A stretch of 64,000 bases of DNA from Chrysomallon squamiferum (taxonomy: Eukaryota; Animalia; Mollusca), in assembly GCA_012295275.1 (NCBI GenBank), contig CM022665.1, positions 21,266,001 to 21,330,000 on the forward strand. Reading direction: 5' to 3'. Below, piece by piece: positions 14,510 to 32,304 of the stretch (positions within the stretch are counted from its first letter, which is position 1; the number at the start of each line of letters is the position of its first letter). The notes under the pieces were generated by a model that worked only from the letters and a program-made list of their open reading frames with translations, ran no database searches and had not been told where the DNA came from. Position numbers and translations under genes: made by a program.

Positions 14510-14745
14510 TAATATGTCTATTAATTAAAATTGTTTAATATGTCTGTAACTGAAACAATTTAATATGTTGCTAAAATTGCTTGATATGTCTGTAACTGAA
14601 ATTGTTTAATACATCCACAAATGAAATTGTTTCATATGTTTATAACTGAAATTGTTCAATATGTCTGTAACTAAAATTGTTCAATATATGTAACTGAAAT
14701 TGTTTAACACATCCGTAACGGAAATTGTTTAATATGTAACTGAAA
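14510..14745. repeat. About 25-bp degenerate tandem repeat (AATATGTCTGTAACTGAAATTGTTT)
   Basis: Roughly 9-10 imperfect units visible. Confidence 0.8.
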
Positions 14746-15993
14746 AAAACAGGCCATGTTTTGTTTTTACGTCTTCGCTTGTCTTTAGGGGTACTAGTGA
14801 AAATGAACTGACAAATCAATATTGAATACTATATGATTAAAAATATATCCTTTTTCTGTACGTTTAAATTTTTGAAACAAAATGAAACAAAATAAAAGTT
14901 ATTTGTTACTGAAACCAAAGATTTGGTTTCACTGCTGAAGTTACAAGAAAATATAAATATAAAAACTAACAAAAAATTTAAAACAAACAATAATACAAAC
15001 ATCTGTCTATATCCACCTATATACGCTTATCTATATGTCTATGAATAAACACGCGTGCACACACACACACATACACAAACAGTCAGACAAATACATCTAC
15101 ATTTTAATAGACGTTATCTTTCTTTCCATCTATTTCAACAAGATGCTGTCAGTCGTCAGTTTGTTTAACATTAAATATGACATAAACAAATTAACAGTTT
15201 ATTCACAGTCAATATTTTCTATCTGCTAATCTGTTTTCAAAGTAAATAAATAAATAAATAAAAGACAATTTTTTCTTCACTATTTCATGACGTCATCAGT
15301 CGATTACAAATCAGTTCCACTAGTCGTTTGTTTTAGTATCAATCTCTCGCTACAAACCATAGCAAATTACTTGTCAACGCTTAACCCCGTCACCGCGTAC
15401 ACTTTGTGGCTCGGTGGTTAGAACGGTTGTCTAAAACGTAATCTGATAGCTGTCTCATTACAGACGTTCTGTAACCTATTTTCGAAAGGTTAGAGCATGG
15501 ACGTAACTAGACTCTTTTTAAAATGAGGTAAAAAAAACCCACTTAATCGCCGACCGGAACGGGGCAAAAAGTGGATATCGTTTCTGTCGGAATAAAAATT
15601 TATGTTTTATATTTTTTAAATAAAATCTTTGTATAAAATAAATAAATAAATAATAATTCCTCAAATTCGGTATGAGGCATTTGCCTCATTTGCCTCAGCG
15701 TAGCTATGGCCAGTGATACAAAACAAATAAATATTTAAGGATACAATCATCCTCTAGCCTTGCAGACACTGTATCTATTTATACAAAGAGAAAGACTGGT
15801 GAAAATAAGTATGCCTTTATATTTCTGTTGCTTGCCATGTTTGTTTGTTTGTTTTGTTTTGTTTTGTTTTGTTTTTTTTTTTTTTTTTGTTTTGTTTTGT
15901 TTTTGTGGGGTTTCTTATGGGTTTTTTTATGTTGTTTTTATTTTGTTTTGGATTTTTTTTTTTTTTTTTTTTTTTCAGGGGGTGGTTTTTAGA

Positions 15994-16024
<31 letters not shown>

Positions 16025-17474
16025 TTTAACTAAGTAATAATAATGATGATGATGATGATGATGGTGACAGTGATGATAATGATGATGATGACAGTGATGA
16101 TAATAATAATAATGACTGTAATAAGAACAACAATAATAATACTAGTAATAATAATAACAATTAGATAAATCACTCGATCTAATAATTACGCGATATGTTT
16201 TCACACCAATATGACAATGATAGACAACATACAGTGTGTTTATTACATAAATTAATCAATAAACGGGTTGGACATGAACATGTAACCACATCCGACACGC
16301 CATCTGACAATCATACGATAAAAAGCGTCACAGACGAAACTGGAAAATTGCGATAGATTTCTGTTCACTGTAATTGCGATTCTAAGGCGGCCCGGAGTCA
16401 GTACACGTTGGGTGAATGTGTTAATACATATTTAATTATCACTGTGCGCTTGCACTTCGTTTCGCTATAACAAAACAAATAATTATTAACGTTAACCTTA
16501 ACCTAAGCAAGCACGCGCACTTCAGCGGTTTAGGCCATTAAGCTTAAATATGCTTGGTTAGGGCTGAAAGACGGATATGCACGGTCGCCATTTTGTACAC
16601 TATTATTGTCGTATATAGATTTTTTATTTATTTATTTTTTTGTGTGTGAGAAATAAAACGTCAAAATTTCCTATACGCTGTCGTTTTATTTCTTTTGTAG
16701 CTGTTTTTAATTGTATTTTATTGATTGATTTATTGTTATTATTAATATTATTATTATATTTTTTATGTATTTATTTGTTCTTGTTCTGTTTCTGTTTTTG
16801 TTTCTTCCTCTTTTCTTTTTTCTTTCCTTCTTTTTCTGCTTTGGTACCCACCCCCCTTTCCTTTTTGTTTTTATTAATTTTATTAAATTATCAGTTCTAA
16901 AAATGAAGATGATTTTTTTTTTTTCATTTTAATCACACATCAAAATATTTTAATATGCGGCATTTCCTAATCAAATCTTACAACTGAAATCACAGAAATA
17001 CAAAGCATTTTAAAGGCTTTTCGGATCAATCGAATTTTTCAAATAAAAACTTTCTGAAGGACGTTTTTCAGATACTATAGAAATGTTCTGAGGGAGAGAG
17101 ATGCTATTTTTAAATTTTTATGTTATCTGAACTTATATGTAATACAGATATATAGTTACAACGTAAATATAATGTCTAGCTCTACTAAAACAGCTTGGAA
17201 ACGAGTCCCCTTAGCATCATTTGATATCCCTAAACCTCTCTTACGTAAATATATTTGGTAAGTAGTACTGTATCTATCCGTTTGCTAATCTGGTTCTGAC
17301 TTACATATCTACACCGAGAAGTAATACTAACTGATAATTCACATGCCACTAATACATGCACAGTTTATATGTCTCTGATACATACAATAAAATCGTTGAA
17401 AAATCTTAGTCAAGAATAGGTTTGGATGAAAGATACTAAACGTCTGGCTAACCCTTAAATACGCGCGTCTCTGT

Positions 17475-17700
17475 AATGAATGAATAATTGTTTAACATCT
17501 CAGTATATATTAAAACCAGTAGCAGTTAGATGAAATATGGTTTCAAAACACGATAATAAACGAGAAAGAAAATCTTCTTTTACTGTTCCATGGTTTACTT
17601 CTACAAGTCAGTGGCTAAAGAAAATTTTTGAGAAAGCATACGCTTTGATACGCTAGCCGTGGAACTTTAGTTGGAACGGGCTATGGTGTTTCCTTTCTCG
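17475..17700. mobile_element. Highly degenerate SINE-like fragment (resembles the core of molluscan Nin-domain SINEs)
   Basis: Loose similarity (gagaaagaaaatc...ccatgg...ctttgatacgctagccgtggaac...ggaacggg) to a recalled SINE core; a similar fragment lies at ~20975-21075. Recall only, not searched. Confidence 0.3.
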
Positions 17701-17984
17701 TGAATACTTATCCATTAATTTTTAGAATATTTAACACCGTTAACTGATGACATTGTGTGAAGTGTATCACGTGACTGTATTCACGTAATTCATGAATATT
17801 AATTAGGAAAAGTGTTTTTGATCGGTTTTGTATTGATTTTTATAACAAGACGTGTGTTTTAATAATGGATTAATTTAATGGCAAATCTCTGACAGACATT
17901 AGTTAAGTAAATACTGTGTGTTTGTATGTGTCTTACGTTTCCTGTCATATTGATACACACACAAGGAGAGTCATAGATGACAAA

Positions 17985-18200
17985 ATAAAACAATATATAA
18001 TATAATATAATATAATATAATATAATATAATATAATGAAATACTGTCCAAAAGAGTATAATGCAATACAATAAAATGCAGTATAATATAATGTGATATAA
18101 TGTAATATAATATAATATAATATAATATAATATAATATAATATAATATAATATAATATAATATAATATATAATGCAATATAGCAATATAATATAAAATAA
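17985..18200. repeat. (ATAAT)n pentanucleotide repeat
   Basis: Direct inspection. Confidence 0.9.
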
Positions 18201-18721
18201 CACAATATTCGAATTATATGGTAAATAAATTAAAAACAAAAATGATCTGTTTGCTTCTGTATCTAGCCATCTATCTCTCTCTGTCCGTCTGTCCATCTAT
18301 CTATGTATCTATCTATTTATCTGTCTGTCTATCTATCTATCTATCTATCTATATCTATCTGTCTATCTGTCTCTCTGTCTATCTATCTATTATTTATATA
18401 TTTACATAACGTTTAAAAACACACAAAAATCGAACACAAGAAATTCATTTATAATCCCAGATAGTCCTGTATGCAACACAGAATGACAGTAAATATAAAA
18501 AAATTCATAAATCTGCCAGAAAGAAATCAAAATATGTCATAACAGACAATATGACCGACGTGTTTGAAAACCGTTATTTAGCAAGTATTGCTTTACACGG
18601 AAGAAGACGGAAGAAGACAAAGTAATAAATCAGATTTTGCCTGATGAAATAATAGGATTAGTTGATAAAATTATCAGAACATCTATCATGTCTGTCGAGA
18701 AGGAGCCAGAATCAGAAGGAC

Positions 18722-18804
<83 letters not shown>

Positions 18805-19143
18805 TAAAGAAACTGAGACAGAGAGACAGAAAGAGACAGAACAAAGATACAGAGACAGATATAAAGAGAGAGGGGATACAAAACAAAAACGAAGATACAA
18901 ATGAGAGATAATAAAGAGAAAAATCTGTGATACTTGTGTCATTGTTCGGTATTCGACACTGTATCTGAAATGACGACTAACTTTCATCAACAATGTTAAA
19001 AATACGACACAGAATCTAGAAGAGTCGGTTTAATTAAACACGCTAAAAATGTCATATTACTCTCTTGAAGAAGACTTTGATTTAACAGTGCAGAAAATCT
19101 AAAAGTAGCCTGATTAATTAAAAATTCAACACAGTGTCTGGAG

Positions 19144-19528
19144 CAGAGGTAGGCAAACGTTTTGTCCATCAACCTCTTCGTGAAATCTTTTATTTCTCAT
19201 CAACCACCAAGCATATAAATAAATAAATAAATAAATAAATAAGAGCAGAATTAAAAAAAAAAAATTTAAAGGTAAATGAACTTTGATAATTTAAGAAAAA
19301 AAAATATATTTAAAAAAAAAAGAAAAGAAGAAGAATACAGAGATCATATTAATTGTAAGTTTCTTACACCGTACAACCACAGCCACGAGTGAGTGGAAAA
19401 TTAACGTCCTTAATCGGAGCAACCGGTGGGGAGGGGGGGCGTGTATGTACCACATCCATGTTCGACCCAGGTTTTTATTGACCCCTAGATATTTATCGAG
19501 CCTCAGAGGACGATATTGATGACCCCTG
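19144..19528. mobile_element. Possible old hAT-type MITE
   Basis: Ends CAGAGGTAGGCAAAC...GACCCCTG; flanks gtctggag/gtctacgg only partly match as an 8-bp TSD. Confidence 0.4.
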
Positions 19529-20282
19529 GTCTACGGTTTAATTAACACTGGGTCTGCTAGTAGTATTAGTCACTAGAGTAATTCTTCTTCTTCTTCTTCC
19601 TCGCTTTTCCGCACTAGATGGGGTTATTTACACGAATTCTTGACCTCCATAATTTTATTAACAATTAGATTAATACTGATAAAAGAAAGCTAGCAGATCC
19701 TAATATAACCTGGAAACCAAGCTGTGATATTCTGTGAACCAAACTGGTTCGCTTAACAATCTGACAAACGAAAGTATGTAAATATACATTTACCTATGCA
19801 GATAGATAGATAGATGGATAGATAGATAGATACTATTCGACAAAGCAGTCAGTTTAATTAGTAATGCGAAAATTTTTACGTCGTCTGGAGATAAATTTGT
19901 GGCGTCTTAGATGACTGCAGAAGCAATCTCTTGAGACAGTGATTAACGTTAATGAAGAAATGTCGCCGCTGACGGTGCAGGGTGTCCACGCGGTCTCTAA
20001 CGTCGTAATAAACGTCTGATTGTTTGCATAGCACTGTACTTTTATTTTTCTTTGTCATATGTATAAGTAATTGTTCACGATAACACACCGCATGCATATA
20101 TACATGATAAATTGACACACAGAGAACGACACAAGCACAAAAACATATAAATATTTATATATACATTCATATACTCACATGCATACAAACAGACAGACAG
20201 ACAGAAAGACAAAAACAGACCCAAAAATTACTTATTACGATGTCAGACTTCTGAAAATATTTATTTATTTATTTATTCATTT

Positions 20283-20329
<47 letters not shown>

Positions 20330-21655
20330 CAGAATTAATCTCAGTAAATTAATTTTCAACTTTTTTATAACACTCTAAACATTTTATATAATTTATATTG
20401 ATTAATCTAACATATGTTAGGAAAATAGACAAACAAACACAAACAAATAAACAAATAAAAAGAGTTATTTTCGATCCTTAGTTGCTTTCTATTAGAGTTT
20501 CTTGTTTTTTATACTTTTATTTTATTCATTCATTCATTCATTTACTTTCTTACTCACACATTTATTTAGTTACTTGTTACTGGCTTATTTATTATTTTAT
20601 TATTAATTTAATTTTTTTTTTTTTTTCATCGGTTTTTAATTTCAGCTGTCATATACTACTTTACTGTTTTATTTATTAATCAACGTTTTTTTTTCTTCTT
20701 CTTCTGATAGCTAGAGTGAAATTACACCTTTTTTTCAGCTCATATATTATTCCGACTTAACTGTCAGTACCAGTTAATCAGGACCCTGAAGACAATCAGA
20801 TGGCGTAAATATAAAACCTTAACAACAATGTTTATTATCCAAATTGTCATAGAAACGTAAAACTCAAAACAATTATTATCTCGCTAGAAAGACACACAGA
20901 AACATTCATACGGCGAGACAAACAAACATAAGTACAGACAGACAGCGATATTGGTTATTTTGTAACAATAATATCGTGAGAAAGACATTTTTAGCTAAAA
21001 CTCCATGGCCCACTCACAGCAAGGCATCTTTTTTTATAACGAGGACGTAGATGTGCTAGGTTCTGAACGGGATTTCGCCTAACAAATGTCATCGACGTGC
21101 ATCGATTCCACAGGACCCAGTCTATCACTTTCCTATACATACTTCTTTTACAGTCACTTCAATAAAACATAATCACCGGAACCAAACAGTGAAAACATTA
21201 ACAGCTGAAAATCTTAATACTCACTGCGTAAAGCCTTTTGTATCTGTTGATTACATGTATGAATTATGCATTGATTAATCTACATCGCTGCGAGCCGATC
21301 TATACAAGTATCATAATCACCTTTTTCCTGTATCAACTGCAGGTGAAAAGATACGTTTACATCACACCTGTAATTAAACTGAAAGGTGATATGTGTATTG
21401 ATTTTACACGTGTGCTCAGCGATAAAAAAAAAGGTTAATTTGTTTTTGCTTTGTTTTGGTCGCTGTACAAACGTTCCTGATTTTGATTAGTATTTGAGAA
21501 TGACGTACAATATATATGTACGTAAAACTGAATTTAAGGTTGTTGTGCTCACACAGTTGTAGACTGTTTGTATATATTAATCTCTCGCCTTTGTTTTCCG
21601 CCTCTGCTATCTGTTTCTCTGTTTCTCTCTGTCTGTCTGTCTGTCTGCCTATCTG

Positions 21656-21704
<49 letters not shown>

Positions 21705-23002
21705 GTATCTCCTGTCTTGAAACTGAATTTATATTATTATCATCAGAAGAAAAATCCAATTATGTTCGCCATTTATTTATTTATTTTTAACCTTATAGAA
21801 AAACAAATAAAAAAGTAGACAAAGTCAATAATTTCTGATAAAAACTGAAAGTCGTAAATAAAAATTATAAAAACATCTTTCATGCAGAGAATAGGAAATC
21901 CTTTTTTGTTTTCTCTTTCTGAGAAAATCAAATGATACAAAGAAGAAGTGTGCTATCGAGGCTTTAGCGAAAACTGACAAACAGTTACTTAAACAAAAAC
22001 AATGATATTACAGTTCTTGTTAAATAGACCAGAGGACTTAAACGAAGAGAAAATGTGTAATTATGTATTTATTATGGACTGTAATTACTTGAGGCAACAC
22101 GGCGAATTAGTTATCTCTGAAACTGAACAGGCTTCGTAGATTCTGTTCACCTTACTTTACAACGTATATGAAGCAATTCAACTGTATATTGTAAAATAAA
22201 TAAATAAATAAATAATAATAAATGTTAACACACACACACACATACACACATACTCCTATACAGATACAGATACAACACACTGATAAATGCATTTTGCTCA
22301 ACCATATAATTTTATATATAAACACTTGTACATGCATGCATATACAGATAAAAACGTATTTATACATACATACATACAAACATATATACATACACACACA
22401 TATACACATTCACGCATATATAAATATATGCACAAATACATGTATACACATATACATGCATTCACACACACACACATATATATAAGCATACACACATAGT
22501 TACATACAGTATACAAATAAACACATATCCATACACACATAAATATATACATACAAACATGCACAGAAATATATTTACACATAAAGACACATATATTATT
22601 ATATGAATATACACATATATGTATCTACATTCACAAACATATACAAAGATACGCATAACTATACAAGTAAAACATGTATAAATAGTAATGAAGATAAACA
22701 AAAAAAATAAAAAAATTTGAACACATCCTACATCTACAGAGAAAATTACTCTCAAGTAAGCCTATTTATTTTCCATCACACACACGAAAAATCACACAGC
22801 AGAAAGTGTTGCCAAGGTGACACAGTCGGATAACACCAATAAAACGGCAATATTGAAATCACAAAGACATTCCCGAGAGATGCCTGCAGTTCGATGACTC
22901 CCCCCCCCGTAACTCTGAAACAACCTCCCCCTGAATTCCAGGAGCAGATACGTGGTTACAGAAGAAAGTAGTGCAAACATGAAATGAGTTTAAACATTGG
23001 TG

Positions 23003-23049
<47 letters not shown>

Positions 23050-23653
23050 AATAAATAAATAAACTATGCCTCGGGTGTCCTACTTCGAGTTGTTTGGTTT
23101 AAGTGACGCATTACTTATGTAAAGGTGGGAATTGTAGACAGCAGACGACAATACGAATGTCAGTGATGTAGAAAACTGACCAGATACTGTTTTTATTATT
23201 TAATAAATCATTCTTAGAGGGCTCTAGAGACCAGCGCAGTAATGAGGTTCACAGAAATATGTGTCTTTAACTAAAAGAATTTTAATTTTTATAAATTTTT
23301 ATTTCAATTTAAAAATTTTGAAAAAAGAATAAGAAAAAAAATAAGATCTTTAAAAAGTAAGAAAAGGTGTAGTTAGTTGCTGATTGGAGATTAAATTACA
23401 GGAAATTTTCTTTTTACTTTCTTATTTTATTATATTTTATTTTATTTCATTTCATTTGTTTGTTCAATATTATTTCATTTTCAAAAGCCAACATCAGCAT
23501 TTTAGATGAATGTTAATCTTTACTGTACTAGTGAAAACTTTGAGTTATTTTATTTCTTGGATTATGATTTATACGAAGAGTTGATATTATTTTTAACAAT
23601 TACAAAATTAATTTTCTGTGGCTCAAAGGACTACATTTTGTAAATTCGTAAAA

Positions 23654-23718
<65 letters not shown>

Positions 23719-23939
23719 AAAATCAGTTTTCTTCTTTTGTTCGTACTACTGGTATTGTCAACATTACAGTTAATACTGCTAATACATATTATTGAAAACC
23801 TTCTGAGTGATTTTATTCCAAGTCACTGTTCCCGATGACAGCATAGAACTAATCAAACATTCGATCAGTAAGAAATTTGTGTTATTCGGTCACCGATTTC
23901 TTCTAGTGAACAAAAGTACAGTAATTATACACAACGATG

Positions 23940-23970
<31 letters not shown>

Positions 23971-24012
23971 CAAGATCTTAGGAATATGAAAAACTTCTTA
24001 TACCCTGCTTTT

Positions 24013-24279
24013 CAGTGGCGTGCAGAAGGAGTGGGGGGGGCGAAGGTGCTGTGGCCCCGGGCATCCAAATGGGGGCGGGCATCCACTGAGAGAGAATAAC
24101 AATAAATTTGGATGGTTTAAATCGAATAAAGTGTTTATTTTATGTTTCATCTGTGTTTACATATTCAAAATATATTCCTTTCTCGTAATATTTCTAAGTA
24201 CTAGGCCTTATACTCGAGTCTGTGGGGCATACACTCAAGGAGTTGGCCCCGGGCATCACCACACCTCAGCACGCCACTG
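24013..24279. mobile_element. hAT-type MITE, copy 2
   Basis: TIRs CAGTGGCGTGC/GCACGCCACTG; perfect 8-bp TSD CTGCTTTT at 24005-24012 and 24280-24287. Confidence 0.9.
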
Positions 24280-25040
24280 CTGCTTTTGACGAATTATACG
24301 CTTCGGTAGAGTGACAAGTATCAATAGTTGAAGTAATATTAGAAATAAACAAACAAGTAAAATGAAATGAAATAAAATAAAATAAAATAAATACATTAAG
24401 GAAGTAAATAACTATTCAAGAACTACTGAGAGAGACAAAGACGAGACAAACATCACTATGTTTAAATAACTAAATAAATAAATAAATAAACAAATAAATA
24501 TAATTAATTAATCATTAATAATAATAATGATGATTATCTTGATTATCTTGATGATTATTATTATAAATCAGCTGATCATAATAACATTATGGATTTATTT
24601 TTAACATCTTTGTCAACTACATAAGCACTACCAATGGAGGTACCATATAATCACGTTCATATCCGCCATTTTCAAAGGTCAGTAACCGAAACCTGTATGA
24701 CATTTTGTCAAATCACCGCGTTTCGAAATGTTTCAGGTGTAGTCAGTCTGTAATTATCTGCACAGACTTTAAATATTTCATTTCCTGGCAGGATTCTTGT
24801 TTCCAGCAGAGATATATTATTACAGAATTGTCACTGCTTTATTGGATGGTTTTGTTAATTTCGTGAGAAACAGAACATTTGCAGCAACACGGTAAATAAT
24901 GATTAAACGTGTAACGGCAGCCTGTCGTACAAAATATATAATCTGCTACAGGTCAGTTTCTCGGTTTCTGAATTAGTTTTAAAAGACTGTTTTTCTTTTA
25001 TTTATTTCCAGTTCTAGACATTGATTCTAAATGGTTATAT

Positions 25041-25139
<99 letters not shown>

Positions 25140-25146
25140 GTATATG

Positions 25147-27945
<2,799 letters not shown>

Positions 27946-28360
27946 TTTATTTATTTTACTTTTTATTTTTATATATATACTTTTTTTTTTTAGGTCCAGT
28001 ACACACTCTTTCTCTCTCTGTTTATTTATCTATCATTATCTCTCTTTATCTATATCTCTTTCATTCTCTACATAGTATGTCAATACATTATATATATATA
28101 TATATATGTAATATTAAAAAAAAATAATAATAATAAATAAATAAAAGAATGGGACCTATAATTTCAGAGGTTTAACCATGTAGTAGTGTATGAAATTGAG
28201 GATTCTTATAATTATCTAGAGAATTCTGAGAAACAGTAAGTTTTCTTACAGATTCAAAGATCACCTCAGTTCTTTAATATGATGAACCAACTAGAAACTT
28301 CTGTGAATCATACGTTTAAAAAAGAAAATAGCTAAAAGAAAACTCTGACTGCAGACTCAC

Positions 28361-29196
28361 CTGTTGCACAACGTAAATATCTCGAACAAAAAAAGTCTCC
28401 TTCATTAAACTTCCCTCACCCAGAATGTCTTTGACAATGACGGCGCCGATGACGTCGTGTCGTGAAAACCTGTCAAAGTCGTAGAGGTTAAACTGGAGAG
28501 TTCTGCTGGCGAGGTGTTCATACTGGACACTAAACACAAACAATTCGTTGAATTCCGGATTCAGAGTCTTCCGGTGAACTTTCGTCTGGTGTTTAGTTTT
28601 CCGATCCGGAAGTAGATAGACCTTCACGTAAGGATCGGAAGTTCCCGAGAAATCCTTCGCCGGAAGATCCTCCGCGCGGTTTATCAACACGTGCAGACTG
28701 GTTTCTTCCTGGACGTATTTAAGACTGAAGAATAATTTGCCACAGGGAACGTGTTCAGATCTCAGACTGTCCACTGACGCTTGTTTGTATAGTTCTGGTT
28801 TTATAGAGCCGAGTTCGGGCTGCTCTTTGTGTTTGAAGCTGTTGATGGAGAACTCTATGTTGGACAGATCGAGTCTGTGAGACAGCATACGCTGGAACGT
28901 CTGGTGACGCTGAGGGACACTGGGAAGAGTCCACTGGCGGGAACTGATCTGGAATATTCCACGACGGACTGGACTGCTGGTTTCTTTTTTCACTTCTTCG
29001 GCCAGTTCGGGCGTGCTTTGACTGATGGGGATGCCGCGGTCCATCATGTGCTCCTGTGGAAATGTCACGTTGTTGCTGTCGTCGAACAGCACGCGTTTCT
29101 TCTTCCTGCAGATGAACCAGGAAGCTGCCAGCACGAGAACCAGGAACAGTGAGGCAACACCAGCAACTGAACCAACAACAACAGGGTTTACTGGAT
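28361..29196 (-). CDS. SYT9: Synaptotagmin coding exon 2 (836 nt): transmembrane helix, linker and C2A
   Basis: ttcag|AT CCA GTA: [34 protein letters not shown] (TM) ... [21 protein letters not shown]...[13 protein letters not shown] (five Ca2+-ligand Asp); donor CAG|gtgag. Confidence 0.95.
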
Positions 29197-29810
29197 CTGA
29201 AGAGAGAAAACATATTCACCTTCAAATATCTTCTTAAACAACAATGATCAACGACAACAGCATCAGCTACAACAACAACAGCATCAACAACAGGGATTAC
29301 TGGATCTGAATAGAGAAACAAAAAATATACACCTTCAGATATCTTCTTAAACAACAAGAACTACATCACAATAAAACAACAACAACAACAACACACCAAC
29401 AGATCAATAGTGACTATGATGATGACAAAAATAAAAAAATAAAACACTCCAAAAAAAAATATAAAAAAAACAAGAAAAAAAAATAACAAAAGATGGATCC
29501 GAGTAAAGAAAGAACAATATACATCTTCAAATAATTTCTTAAATAACAACAATCACAATACAACAACAACGCATGATCGAATCAAGAGCACTAACAACGA
29601 CGATGATGATAACAGAAAAATACTGGACCTGAAAAGAGAGACAATAATAAACACTTCAATGAACTTCTTAAATTACAACAACAACAACAATAATAATACA
29701 CCAATAAATCTACAGTGACAAAATTACATTGATAACGATAAAAAAAATATTGGATCTGAATAGAGAAACAACAATATACACCTTCAAATATTTTCTTAAA
29801 CAACAGCAAC
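29197..29810 (-). repeat. Tandem degenerate copies of the exon-2 3' splice-site region
   Basis: Unit ...tttaagaagatatttgaaggtgtatattgttgtttctctattcag|atccag recurs with junctions near 29305, 29498 (AG mutated to GG), 29627 and 29755. Confidence 0.8.
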
Positions 29811-30101
29811 AATAAAATAACAATAACAGTAATAATAATAACTACAACAACAGCAACAATAATTATAATGATAATAATAACAACACAACAACGACAACAA
29901 CAACATCAACACAGCAACAAATCAACAGCGACAACGATGACGACTACAGTGACGACAGAAGATTATGAACTAGTATTACATCCCAGTTCTCGAGTACTGA
30001 GTAAAAGCAGTTTTGGATTCACGGAGATTTTCAAATAACGAGTTAATGAGATGTGTTTTTCAATCTCGTCTCGTACTTTCACAATTATCTTTTCATTCTT
30101 G

Positions 30102-30200
<99 letters not shown>

Positions 30201-30997
30201 TCTGTCATTTTCTTGTCACTTTAAATGCTAAAGTGATTTGATACTGTGAAAACAAATGACATGGGCAAGCCCTAGGTTAATTTTTAATATCGTAAAAGAC
30301 GTTTTAAGAAGAAGAAGAAGAAAAGATACATTTAATTTAATTAATTTATCTATTTATTTATTAATTATAATTTGGTACTTTTTTTTATCATCATATTGTT
30401 GAAGTAGGGACAGATGAAAATATTTTTAAAAGGTGCTTTAAAAAAATGCCGGCTCGGTGAATATACAAACATAGGTACACAAAGGCTCTCGCACGTACAC
30501 ACACGCATATAGAAACACAGATACAAACATATGCATGCACATACGTATACATGCATGTATACAGTAGAATAAAAACTGACAAAAATTACGTTATACGTAT
30601 TTGTGGACAACAGTTCTAGCCCACGTCAGTCGAAACACGTTTTCATCCACTTGTCTTATAATTAAAACAGCCTCACCTTCATTTTTAAACATAACTGTTA
30701 TTAATAACAACAACCTGCTAGATCATAAACATCTAATATTTAACGATGGACGTATTAACATTCCTTTCTATAATTAGTGTTCTGTATGCAAATTAGCCGG
30801 CGCACAGTAAATCGGTCTTCTTGTCGTCTGCTAACAGAGATCAGTACCAGTCAATTAGCGCCGCAGTTTGAAACTCCATTAAGATTCCAGTACAAATGTC
30901 TCCCTACGGGCGAAAAAACAATTACGTTTATTACTCTGGAAAAGTTTTTCTTTTTTTTTTTTTTTTTTTTCCTGCTATTTTTATAAAGTATTTTTTT

Positions 30998-31034
<37 letters not shown>

Positions 31035-32216
31035 CGAATACTTAAAGTTTAAAGTAATCCATCATGGTGTAAATTTGATATGTGTAAAGAAATTTTAATT
31101 ATGTTCGCTGATCTGCTTTCGTTCAACTCTTGCGACTAAATTTTAATCAGTTTGAAATTACTTATTCTCTTATCACTGTTGTCAAAATCCTAAACACGTT
31201 TCTGGTTATTTTAATTTTGCTAAAATACCACTAATTTATTGAACTCGTAAACGTAGTATGTTATTTTGTGTTGTCTGTGTACTTAGAAAATATTTCTGTT
31301 ACTCAGGGTAATAGAATATTTGTTATGTATCGTTTCATTTCATTTTTTCTTTTAATTGTGCGTATATGTCTATATGTGTGTGTATATGTGATTCTATATG
31401 TGTTTCGTATATGTACATTTGTATGTGTCTATGTGTTTATATATATATGCATATGCATGTGTGTGAGTATATTTGTCTATGTGTAAGTGTGTATATCTGT
31501 GAATGTGTTTATGTGGGAGTGCATAATTGAGTGTATATAACTGAATTTTTCTATTAATTATCAGTAGTTTTTGACGTTGTTGTCGTTAATGTTGTTGTTG
31601 ACGTTGATACTGGTTTTGTTGTCATTCATCTGTCATTTTTTAAATTTACACTTTGAAGTAAGCTATAAACATAATGTAGAATTATTCTTAATGTTAGTGA
31701 ATTGTGTAGCTGCAGCTGCATCTATGTCTTTATTTGTTGATGTTGTCGTTTATGACATTACAACTGCTATTTATTTATTTATGATTGTTTTAAAATCCTC
31801 TAACAATCAGCAGTAATAAAAAAAAATTATTATTATAACCGTTACAATCCCGTTCATGTGTTTTCAGCAGTGAGTATCAATTATTGATTTTTCGAAACAG
31901 TGAACAAAGAGGAAATAAATAATATATATATATTTAGTTACAAACGATATAAAATCCTTACATTTCATTTCTCCTTTCTCCTTGTTCTGCTGAAGGCAGT
32001 AAAGTGTGTACAAAATGGATATTTTATTAAAGAAAATAATGGGATATTTCATCCGCAGTTAATTATCTGCATTTGTGTGTCATGTTTCAGCTAAGTATAT
32101 TTATCACGTGATGAAAGATCTGTGTAATGACGGCCTGCAGTTAAAGTATTGTAAGCTGTATTTATCTATAATGACTTACGACTATAAATCATCAAGCATT
32201 TTGAACGTATATTTAT

Positions 32217-32304
<88 letters not shown>

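Noticed and set aside
15405-15450. A-box-like TGGCTCGGTGGTTAGA (and B-box-like GATTCGATCCC at ~33929) as tRNA genes
   Set aside because: No cloverleaf or correctly spaced partner box; probably decayed SINE heads.
28755-29357. 200-aa overlapping ORF (and antisense ORF 28829-29152) as independent genes
   Set aside because: Alternative or antisense frames of the GC-richer synaptotagmin exon; kept only as the possible product of a decoy acceptor.
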